The position numbers and the translations under genes were made by a program. Shown piece by piece: positions 22,819 to 35,144 of a stretch of 41,224 nt of DNA (position 1 is the first letter of the stretch; every line of letters begins with the position of its first letter). Origin of the DNA: Octopus bimaculoides (lineage: Eukaryota); the NCBI RefSeq assembly GCF_001194135.2, contig NC_068986.1, positions 90,223,374 to 90,264,597 on the forward strand, written 5' to 3'. The notes below the pieces were generated by a model that saw nothing but the letters and a program-made list of their open reading frames with translations, had not been told where the DNA came from and ran no database searches.

Positions 22819-24064
22819 GTAAGTATTTCCCAGCACCCATTTTATAGTTGTTGCCATAGTAGCGGCTCATATGTGAACTCTTGGAAGAGTGATTGATAAG
22901 GTATTGAACTATCATCTGAAGAATCAGCAGTTCTTAATGTTTCTCTGTGATTGCACTGTGTTCTGGGTCAAAACTCCACAAGATATACCCACACACACAC
23001 GCACGCACGCACACACACACACACGCACGCACGCACACACACACACACATTTATTTATTTAAGACTTAATCCAGTCTCCATCTAGCAGTAAACCAGTACT
23101 ACAGAATATTATGGTCGTCTTAGTCTGTTGCAGCCATACTTTGAAAATGATGATTATGATAGCCTGGTGTAACCTTCTGGTTCACCAGTCCTCAGTCAAA
23201 TCATCCAACCCATGCTAGCATGGAAAGTGGACGTTAAACGATGATGATGACAATGATTTTGATGATAATAACGGAGTGGATGGTAGTAGTGCTGACATGA
23301 ACTGTGGTGGCTTTGTATTGACTTCCACTTTTCCTGTGGGAAAGTTATGCACTGTAAACTGGTGTCCTATCCCGAAGCAAGTGTTGCTCTAATCCACTTA
23401 ACTCTACTTAAACTTGAAGTAAGCATCAGCCCAGTAGACATCAGAAGACTGCAGAAGAGAGCCACTTTCGTTTTTTAACATTTTACTGGGACCTGAATTG
23501 TCCTTAGTCTTATCAAATGTTCTTTTGTGATATTTGATAACTGGGATTTGTAGTCAAGGTCACCCTAAACTGTTTCTAAGTTTTTGAATGAATTTTCTGT
23601 CTTGTTTATGGAACTGATAATTTGTGTTTCAACTAATAGTATTGTTTTGTGCATTACTTTGAAGTACATGACTGGCTGATTCTTTGATCCATTTGACATT
23701 TAGGCTTTTCATTAGTAGGCTAATTTGTTAACCCTTTTGCTTGTCATGAAAGAAGAATAGATAAGGTAATTTGACATTTCTAGACAGATTTTGATAGTCC
23801 CTGCATTACTGACATAATTTTCAAATTGGTAAAAACAGTAAATTTCCTTACCTTTGTGTGCTTGTATTGTGACAAGCAAAAAATACTAAGAAAGTTAGCA
23901 AAGCAGGAGTGGCTGTGTGGTAAGTAGCTTGCTTACCAACCACATGGTTCCGGGTTCAGTCCCACTGCGTGGCATCTTGGGCAAGTGTCTTCTACTATAG
24001 ACTCGGGCCGACCAAAGCCTTGTGAGTGGATCTGGTAGACGGAAATTGAAAGAAGCCCATCGTA

Positions 24065-24115
<51 letters not shown>

Positions 24116-27100
24116 TTGTGTGTCTATGTTTGTCCCCCTAGCATTGCTTGACAACCGATGCTGGTGTGTTTATGTCCCCGTCACTTAGCGGTTCAGCAAA
24201 AGAGACCGATAGAATGAGTACTAGGCTTACAAAGAATAAGTCCCGGGGTCGATTTGCTTGACAAAAAAGGCAGTGCTCCAGCATGGCCGCAGTCAAGTGA
24301 CTGAAACAAGTAAAAGTGTAAAAGAGTAAAGCAAACGTATCAATGGAGTTTATATTATTCTGTTCATTGCTCACTCTTCTAGGGGTTCAGATTTGTCCAT
24401 TATACTTGTAAAAACATCAGTGTTCTGATAACCATTGAATGGGAAGAGGAATAGAGGGATATCATGCAAAACCTTGTGAAGCACATTCAGTGATTATCTC
24501 TTGAACTGGCTTCAGTGGGAATAAAAGCTGGAACATTACTGCCAATGTGGAAAAATTCATTAACTGACATCACTAGAATGTCTAACACAGGAGGATCTAC
24601 GTCTCTGTCAAAACCAAGGAAAGCGGAATAGTAACTGTGGTTCTCACTCATACTGAGTTTAGTGTAGCCAATTGTTTACAGTGCTGTTTTATGGTAATTT
24701 TCATCTATGATAATGCCCAGCTCTATTAGGGTGCCACCTGTAATATTGTGTTGATCCTCATAATAACCACTGCTAAAGAAGTTTCATTTCAACTATAGTA
24801 TTCACTATTATCATAGAACCCATCTTCCTTATAACCCCTAGCAAAATGTTTTCAGTACCCATTACTACTATATATATATATACACATATATAATATATCA
24901 TCATCATCGTTTAACGTCCGCTTTCCATGCTAGCATGGGTTGGACGATTTGACTGAGGACTGGTGAACCAGATGGCTACACCGGGCTCCAATCTGATTTG
25001 GCAGAGTTTCTACAGCTGGATGCCCTTCCTAACGCCAACCACTCAGAGAGTGTAGTGGGTGCTTTTATGTGCCACCGGCACGAAGGCCAGTCAGGAGGTA
25101 CTGGCAATGGCCATGCTCGAAATGGTGTATTTTACGTGCCACCTGCACAGATATATTGTATGTATGGTGGGTGGGGGTATACATATATGCCCATTCGTGG
25201 ACATACAAACATATACATGTTACTGTCATTATATTTTCAGCTGCTGATGGAGAAGAATTGCTAAAAATCCAAAAAGTGAAAGTTCTTCGAAATGATAGGA
25301 GAGAAGGTAAGGCTGTCATTGTGTAAAGTTGTTTATCAGATTAAGAGATAAAGAGACAGACAATTGGGTAAAGAAAGAGAGGGAGAGGTGGGGAGAGTGT
25401 ATTATGAGGGTAGTACATTATAATATATTAATGTATTATTTTGGTAGGATGCTGGAGTGAATGAATCATTCGAAAAGCATACAAAATAGAATGCCTTTTC
25501 AGTATTTAGTTGTTTCTCCTTTTACTCTTTGTTGGGTTCATTCTAGGGTCTGTCTGTGACATAAATGTATAATAGTATAACGTGTGGATGGTAACATAGT
25601 TGATCTAGTAACCCTACAAATTTTAACTAATTAAAATAACCTCTTTAATGATGACAACAATCATTATGGTTAATGATGAAATAAATCAGATCAGGAAAGA
25701 TAGAGGAGACAGCCTTGAAATTTTAAATAAAATATGGAACCTAGTGACAACTCTGGGAATGTTTCTATCTTACTAGACCTCATCAGAATAGCTTAGATGA
25801 TTATTTTTTCAAGATGTTAGAATAGTCAGTGAGATGTAAGGTTTTTTGTGAATGAAAACTACACAGTGAAATAACTTAGAAAAATTACTGTGAGAAAAAT
25901 ACCCAGGGACACTTGTATAAAAACTTAATAGTATGGTGAACACTTGTATGTTTGGTATAGTAAACCAAAAAGGTATTATTAATTAAAATCGTGTTTAATG
26001 ATGTGATCAATCATGATGTAAATAACTAATTTGAGTATTTTTAATTTTACTTATTTTAATTAAGATATCTCAAATCACATTTCACAGATCTAAAAATGGA
26101 ATTGTTAGATGAGGTAATGTAGTTCTAGATACTACAAAACATGTGGAGTGGCCATGACTGGACTGCCTTTGATTACTAGTCTGCTCAATCAGGGTGCTAA
26201 ACAACAAAAATAACATTGAGAGCATGAACAATGTTATAAACTAACAAGGAAGCCTCTATGGTAGGGGTTGGGGAACTTTTTTTAATCAATTACTCCAAAA
26301 TATATTTATTTACACTGATGTTACCCCCTTGATTTGAAAGGAAGAAAATCATAAATTCGTTGAATTCAAAAGATTTATTGAATCTATTTTATTGAATCTA
26401 TTTATACGAATCTATTTACACATCCATTACATTGGACAGATACAGTGTTGCCAGAAGAAAAATTTCTATCATAGTAAGGAACACGTTTTTTTATGTAATT
26501 TTACTTATGTCTAATGAGTCCTCATTACCCCCAAGAATTTTATTTTTACCTCACTTGTGGTAATTTACCCCATTCACCAACCCCTGCTCTATGGAATTGC
26601 TAGAACTTTTGGAAATAACAGCCAAATCTCTCCTAAATTACAACCAACTTTAAAAACAAGAACATATTTGATAACGTGGTGCTAGATAGAATAGACTACC
26701 CGAAAAAGAAAGTTATGATAATAATAACTAGAACACCTTTTGATCAATTAGAACTGATTGGGGACCACACGACAACAACATCAACAGCTTGCAATATTAA
26801 TTGAAATTTGATTTTTCTTATCTTTTTAAAAAGTGTTTGTTAACTTTTCCTCAACTCTAATTTGTCTTTACTATTGTTCCTGTTGCAGGTCTAATGCGGT
26901 CTAGGGTACGAGGAGCCGATGCGTCGACTGCTAAAATTCTGACATTTCTTGACAGCCATTGTGAATGTAACACAAATTGGTTAGAACCATTGCTGGAGAG
27001 AGTAGCAGAGGTAATTAGATATTGTTTAAAATTAAAATTGTAATGATTAAAGTTGGTTTCAGTACATTATTGTTTAAAAGGTTGATATTTTAGAAATGGC

Positions 27101-27328
27101 CTATGGCTTTCTGAATAATACACTTTATTTCGAATAAAAAAGAAAAAAAAAAATCACATGGTGAAAAATATTCTTTTCTAAAGAAACATTAAAATTTACA
27201 TTTCCTCACAGCACACAGACAAATTCAATTTAATGAAATTTATTTATTGGTTTTTTCTTTCTTTGCTCATAAAGACCAGCGCTAGTCTTAGTTTCTCTGT
27301 CTCTATTTGTATCCAGGCAGGTCTGTTT

Positions 27329-27370
<42 letters not shown>

Positions 27371-30300
27371 TGCTGGGTCTCTTTTCAGTTTCTTTCTTCC
27401 AAATTCACTCATAAAGTTGTGGTCAGCCTGGGGCTGCACATGGTTATGAAGTGAACTTCTTAACCACACAGCTTTCACCTATGATATCGTTTAACGTCCG
27501 CTTTCCATGCTAGCATGGGTATTTATATAAAAACTAAATGGACTCTGTTTGGTTTCACTGATAAGTATTTTGTTGTTTAATCAAATGAACTGCCTGCTTA
27601 TTGAATGAAGATGTAAGTGACTGAGCATTCCACAGATGTACGTCATTTATTCATTAATTCCTTCAATTCTATGTGGAGCACAGGGTGCCAGCAAGAGATT
27701 TCCTTCTGTCTTGATTTTTTTGTAGTGGATTACAGTTGTTTCCAGGTGCCAGTGCTTCAGCCAACTCCTTCAGTGTGTGGTGTAATGTCCTCTTCATGTC
27801 CTGAGTAGAGTAGGGTTACTCCTTGTACCCTGGTACATTGTCCTGACTTCAGCTACATTGTCTCGCAAATAACTAGTTCTGTGAGCATGTAAAGTCTCAT
27901 CTCAGCTGTAATTGGATCTGATTTTCTTGTTTTGAACATGGTCATAGCATTCCTTGTTCCCATCTGTGTGGTTGTCCTAGGCAAGAGAAGGTTGTTCCAC
28001 ATAATAGCTTCCTTTTGGCTTTCTCTATGTTACTTCATATTAGTCTCTGAGGACTACCTTCCCCTTTGCCAGGACTGATTTCATATGTTCTCTTGTTGAG
28101 CTTCTATAGTAATGTAGATATATATTCTCTTTCTCTTTCTCTTTTACTTGTTTCAGTCATTTGACTGTGGCCATGCTGGAGCACCGCCTTTAGTCGAGCA
28201 AATTGACCCCAGGACTTATTCTTTGTAAGCCTAGTACTTATTCTATCGGTCTCTTTTGCCGAACCACTAAGTGACTGGGACATGAACACACCAGCATCAG
28301 TNNNNNNNNNNNNNNNNNNNNNNNNNNNNNNNNNNNNNNNNNNNNNNNNNNNNNNNNNNNNNNNNNNNNNNNNNNNNNNNNNNNNNNNNNNNNNNNNNNN
28401 NNNNNNNNNNNNNNNNNNNNNNNNNNNNNNNNNNNNNNNNNNNNNNNNNNNNNNNNNNNNNNNNNNNNNNNNNNNNNNNNNNNNNNNNNNNNNNNNNNNN
28501 NNNNNNNNNNNNNNNNNNNNNNNNNNNNNNNNNNNNNNNNNNNNNNNNNNNNNNNNNNNNNNNNNNNNNNNNNNNNNNNNNNNNNNNNNNNNNNNNNNNN
28601 NNNNNNNNNNNNNNNNNNNNNNNNNNNNNNNNNNNNNNNNNNNNNNNNNNNNNNNNNNNNNNNNNNNNNNNNNNNNNNNNNNNNNNNNNNNNNNNNNNNN
28701 NNNNNNNNNNNNNNNNNNNNNNNNNNNNNNNNNNNNNNNNNNNNNNNNNNNNNNNNNNNNNNNNNNNNNNNNNNNNNNNNNNNNNNNNNNNNNNNNNNNN
28801 NNNNNNAACTACTTGGCAAAATTGTTAATTATTAATTCTATTATTAATTGACGATTCCCTGCCCTTATTCTTGTATATATATATATATATATATACACAT
28901 ATATATATACGACGGGCTTCTTTCAGTTTCCGTCTACCAGATCCACTCACAAGGCTTTGGTCGGCCCGAGTCTATAGTAGAAGACACTTGCCCAAGATGC
29001 CATGCAGTGGGACTGAACCCGGAACCATGTGGTTGGCAAGTAAGCTACTTACCACACAGCCACTCCTGCGCCTGTATATACTTCTAACTGATTATTTTGA
29101 ATTCATTTCAGAAGTGGGGCAATTACACAACACCATTGAGCAGCAAGAACTGCCAAATATCTATTATTCTTGTTCACTTCCTGGGAGATTTTGTTTCACC
29201 TAGTTCTGAAGTATATTGTGTTTTTTAACAGTATATGTCTTTAAAGGAACTTCCTTAGATGAAATACTGCGGCTACAAGCATTTAACATTACACATACAT
29301 TGTGTGATATTGATAATGTTGATATTATTGAGCTGCTTCTAACACAAAATTTGAATATCCACTTGTATTTTATTAAAATGTTATTAAATATTAAAGAAGT
29401 GAAAGAGAGTGAAAGTGAGCTGATTAATAAAACAAATGAACAAACAAGCCAACAAGAGAACATGCATGTGGCCTTTTGGCCTGTTAGAAATAGCAGCAAT
29501 ATCTCTCTTCAATCAAACACTCTACCATCTTTAAAATTGGGAGAATTCATTGGGTAGTGTAGTCCCAGATATACTATATCTGGAAAAGGAAGGATACATT
29601 AGATGATGTAGTTCTAGATCGGTGATTCCCAAGCTTTTTCAGGCTGCTGGCACCCAGGTCACATTCCTAACGTCGTCGCCCCCCCCCCCAACCACGGCCA
29701 CAAACATAGACCACTTTCTGCTACAAATTCAAAACAACTGTATTTCACAAATAAAACCCTACCTAATCAACCCCTTTTTTTTTTTTTTTTACAAATATTG
29801 CTCCCTTTTAGCTACCCCATTATCACCTCACTTTTCTTCAGTACCACCCTGCATCTTTCCATCATCCTCAAGGATGGCAATGCCACCCACTTTGAGAACC
29901 ACTGTTAGAACTGTAGCTCCCATGTCTGAAAATATAATGGATATATTGGACAATATACACTGTGTTAGAAATGAAGGACATGAAGACTAGTAGTTTTGTC
30001 CTACATATACTGAAAATTATGTCAAAATTTTCAAATTTGGTATTTTCCATGTAAAATCCGATTTTGTTATTTATTTGTTCCAGAGAAATTGCAGAAAATG
30101 TTACTGAAGTTTAAAGTTTAATCATTTTTACCTTAGAAAACAGGATTTGGAAGCTGGTATTTTCTGCATGATAGCTATCTATCACAAAATGGAAGCAAAA
30201 TCATTAGGAGGAGGAATTTTTCTTAAACAAAAGCAAAGCATTACCATGACCAAAGTTGTAAGAACTTCTGAAGTTTTAATAACTTTTAATGAATAAAGTC

Positions 30301-31917
30301 ATGAGAAACATTTGAACAGACGGGGAAGGCATGGTCTGACATGGAATAAACAAAAATTTATATAGTAAAATTTATATATAGTAACAGTGTAACAAGGGTT
30401 GACTGACACATTTCAAGTCTTGTATACGTTCACATTATGTTTTTACTATTGTTAGTAGCAACAACAGGTTTTTATAAAATAGTGCATACATATGTGGAGG
30501 CGCAATGACCCAGTGGTTAGGGTAGTGGACTCGCGCTCATAGGATCGTGGTTTCGATTCCCAGACCGGGCGTTCTGAGTGTTTATTGAGTGAAAACACCT
30601 AAAGCTCCATGAGGCTCCGGCAGGGGGTGGTGGTGAACCCTGCTGTACTCTTTCACCACAACTTTCTCTCACTCTTACTTCCTGTTTCTGTTGTGCCTGT
30701 AATTCAGAGGGTCAGCCTTGTCACACTGTGTGACACTGAATATCCCCGAGAACTACGTTAAGGGTACACGTGTCTGTGGAGTGCTCAGCCACTTGCATGT
30801 TAATTTCACGAGCAGGCTGTTCTGTTGATCAGATCAACTAGAACCCTCGACGTCGAAAGCGACGGAGTGCCAACACACGCATACATATATGTATATTTTC
30901 CTGTTCCTGTGCTTGTGCGTACATTGCTTTAAAATCTAGTGATGTTTTGTGTCCTTTTCTTTCTTGTAATTTTAGCAGTTAGATAAATAGCAATAGAAAA
31001 ATGTGTACTAAGCTGAGATAAGTGTCAATGTGAATTTGGTCATAGCTGTGTAGTTATGAAGCTTGCTTTGCAGTTACCTGTTTCCAAGTTCAGTCTCACT
31101 ATGTAGCACCTTGGGCAAGAGTCTCCTTACTATATAACCTTGGGCCAACCAATGCCTTGTGAGTGAATTTGGTAGACGGAAAGTGTGTGGAAGCCTGTCG
31201 GCTATATATATATGTGTGTGTGTGTGTGTATGTGTGTGTAATTGTATGTTTTTGTGTTTGTCCTCTCCACCACTTCACAACTAATGTTGGTTTGTTTACA
31301 TCCCTGTAACTTGGTGGTTTGGCAAAAGTGACTGACACAGTAAGTACTGTTCTGGGATTGATTTGTCTAAGCATGGTCACGGTTCATTGACCAAAATCAG
31401 TAATGGAATAGAAAATTACCTTGCTTGTTTTGGGGACGTGTTACTTTGTGCTTCTAAGTTGTTTATAAAAAAATGTCTTCATATATATGTATGTGTGTGT
31501 CTGAGAAAATGGATGTTAAAAGATGATGATGATCATTATCATCATCATCGTTTAACGTCTGGACGGCTTGACTGAGAACTGGCAAGCTGGGAGGCTGCAC
31601 CAGGCTCCAATCTGATTTGGCAAGGTTTCTACAGTTGGATGCCCTTCATAATGCCAACCACTCCAAGTGTGTAGTGGGTGTTTTTATGTACTACTGGGAT
31701 GGGAGCCAGTTAGGAGGCACTGGCATCATTCATGCTCAAATGATGCATTTTATGTGCCACCAGCATGGGTGCCAGTCAGATGGCACTGGTATCGTCCATG
31801 CTCGAATGGTGCTGTTTACGTTCCACTGACACAGATGCCAATCAAATGGCACTCATCAGCTACAACTACGATTTCACTCGGTTGAACAGGTCTTCACAAG
31901 TATGGCATATTCCTCAG

Positions 31918-31961
<44 letters not shown>

Positions 31962-32071
31962 GTCAGAAAGCCACTACAAAGGATTGAACTGACCACTTTT
32001 TCCCGTCTTCAAAGGCTACTTGATCTTCTAAGCTGTTTTCACAGCTATTGTATGTCCAAGATTTGCATTAT

Positions 32072-32113
<42 letters not shown>

Positions 32114-35097
32114 CCTCTCTCTCTCTGTATGTATGTATGTATGTATATAATATGTCCCTTTTTCCATAGCTGTGGATGATGACACTATGCATGCTCTATA
32201 GAAATGGTGAATTGAGTGTCTGATATTTTATTTTTCAGGACAGATCTCGAGTTGTTAGCCCAATCATTGATGTTATCAACATGGACAATTTTGAATATAT
32301 AGGTGCTGCATCTGAAATCAAAGGAGGTAATGAAACAATCCTTTCTACTATAGGCACAAGACCTGAAATTTTAGGGGAGGGGGCTAGTCAATTACAACCC
32401 CAGTGCTCCACTGGTACTTATTTTATTGACCCTGAAATGATGAAAAGCAAAGTCGACCTCAGTGGAATTTGAACTCAGAACTTGAAGACGGATGAAATGC
32501 TGCTAAGCATTTTGCCCGGCATGCTAACATTTCTGCCAGCTTATGGCCTTGAGGTAATGAAATAATATAATTATTTAACATCTATCACCCCACTCCATCC
32601 AGCCATTTATTTACTGTGCAACCGATATCATATTCCACACCTCAAACATCCAGCCTATCCATCCGCAAAGAAATTAGATATCTCTGGGGGTTTTTTTTTT
32701 GTTTTGTTTATTTGTTTGATTGATTACTTGTAGTGTTGACTTTGGTAATTCAGAATCTATCCCATTTAAGATGTTCACATCTTAAAAATAAGAATAAAAG
32801 TAACTTTTTTCTTTCTGGTTTTTACCAAAACTGCCACCCTAATCCACTGCTTCTACCATCATGTTTTTGCTGCCCTGATTCTCCCGTCCTGGTTCTTCTG
32901 TCCTCTTTCACTCCCCATCTCGGTCATGTTGCCTTGAGTGAATGCATACAATGTAGATTAGTAAGGGCATTTTAGTCTTAGAAATTCAAGGTGACCTCAC
33001 TGGTGCTGATACCATGATATCTAGTACTGTCTCTAACTCATCATCATCACCATCATTGTAGTCATCGTTGTCATCATCATCATCATTTCATGTCTGACTT
33101 CCATGATGGTCTGGATTGGACAGTTTTACAAGCCCTGCTGCATTAGGATGACTGTTGTGCACTGGTGTCTCAGTTTCAGCATGGCTTTTATGGCTAGACA
33201 CCATTCCCATTGTCAACCACCTTACAAAGTGCACTTAGTGCATTTTTGTAGCACCAACACTCGTGAGGTCACCTTGTAATTGGCAGGACTAAAGAACTGC
33301 CACACTGAAAGAAGTGAGAGAGGTTGAATTTAGATGAAGACTGGATGAAAGTAATGACTTTATTATTGTGGAGTGTGGTAGTAGGGAAGAGAGGGAGAGG
33401 GGGGGAAGGGTAGGGAGCTGATGGAGCGGGGTGTTAGTGGACGATCCACTGCTATCTCGGGCTGAAGAGGTAAATTTGTGTGGGAGGTGAAAGAGATGAA
33501 GATGTTGAGGATTTGGAGAGGCTGAGAAGAGAAGGAGAGACATTGCAGGTTATGAGAGGGGTGGAGATATTGTGGTGGAGGAGGAGCAGAAAGGGAGGTA
33601 AAGATGAATGTTGGGGTGGTGAAACTGAGAAAATAATGCTGAGAGTGAAGAAGAGTGAAAAAATGGGAGAGTGCTGAAAGGATTTGGCAAATGAGCAGAA
33701 ATAACATAGATTGAGAGAACAGTTTAGTCTTGTTGAGGGCATAGCAACCTCTCTAGTGCTGGTGCTGCAATAAAGTGTACAGAGTGTTCTCAGTAAAGTG
33801 GTTGGTTTGTAAGAAGGGCATCCTGCCATAACGACCAAGCCGTAAATGGAATATATGAGTGAGATGTTGACTTTTGACCATTCATAAATAGTTTAGCTCT
33901 TTCACATATTGAGTGATCTACAAGTTAGACATGACTAGTTGCATGAAAACAAAAATCACTAGAAATTTGTTGCTACACAAAGCTACATATTAAAACAATT
34001 CGTGTAAAATGCATTAACCCTTTTGTTACCATATTTCAGTTGAGATGTTCTGTGTTTCTTTCAATTAATTTTAAATATAACAAAGAATTTAGTAAAATAA
34101 CTTAGTTTTCATTAAGTTAGTGTTAGGAACATAAATTGTGACTAAGGTTTGGTGGAAGATTTTAATTCAGAACTTTTGAAAACAAGACATTTGTACTACA
34201 GAGCCAGAGGCAGTTTCAACCAGGTTGGTATCAAAAGGCTTAAGAGATTAATCTGAAGAGTAATTCTTTTTTTGCTTAAGTTTGTTAATTTCTTGTGTAA
34301 AAGCATATTTCTTCTGACTTTACTACAGTGCTACTCAATGAAGGGGTATCTTATTCTTGCAAGGTACTTAGCAAACTCACCAGTGATGGTGCAATGAAAA
34401 ATGTACCCAATACACTCTGTAAAGTAATTGACTTTAGAAAGGGCATCCATTAATAAAATCCATGCCATAGCAGACATTGGCAATGCAGTCCTCTGACTCA
34501 TCAAATACTGTTGAATCTTCCAACCCATACCAGTATGGAAGACAAATGTTGGGATTGATGATAATGATGGGAAGGGGTTTACATGTGAACTTAGTGTCAG
34601 CCTTTTCGTCCACGTTGTGAAATATACAAGGGAGGCAACTTTGACTGGAGCTTTTTTTTTTTTAATGAAAGTTTTCCAATTGTCCAATGGTATTTCACTG
34701 CATCTCTGATAGAGTCATGAGAGAGTGTTTGGAGCTCAGCACAAAGGACTTCATTTGAAGAGCATCAGTTTTCTCCAATCTTTACATCTTTGCTCAGTCA
34801 CATACTGAATGTGTTTGACCTGCTATATATAGCAGCTAAATCCTCTTGAAACTACGCCATCCCATTTTGAACATTGTTTTATTTATGTCCCTAGTATAGA
34901 TGCAAGCATGCTTGTGTAGTCAAGAAGTGACCTTTGTTGTCAAATAGTTCCAGGTTTGACCTCACTGTGCATCACCTTCTGAAAATGTCTTCTGTTGTAG
35001 CTTTGATTTAACTAATGTCTTGTGAATAGAATAGAATATTCTGAAACTGTAGAAGCGCGTCAAAATAATAATAATAATGATAATAATAATGTGTGTG

Positions 35098-35144
<47 letters not shown>

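Noticed and set aside
26088-26113. 26-nt microexon-like segment ttcacag|ATCTAAAAATGGAATTGTTAGATGAG|gtaatg (possible poison exon)
   Set aside because: It would frameshift the gene and has no GalNAc-T similarity. AG...GT pairs of this quality are common by chance. It needs RNA-seq junction support.
26375-26420. 15-bp unit TTTATTGAATCTATT repeated about 3 times; also a ~22-bp duplication at about 11124-11172
   Set aside because: Ordinary slippage duplications with no spacers, so not CRISPR-like.
28238-28851. 189-193-aa ORFs, and similar ones at 34962-35463
   Set aside because: Their length comes from N-gaps translated as X.
30494-30560. tRNA gene-like sequences (also 23902, 37787, 40940)
   Set aside because: These are A/B-box heads of multi-copy SINEs with bodies, tails and TSDs; I could not build a complete cloverleaf with an acceptor stem.
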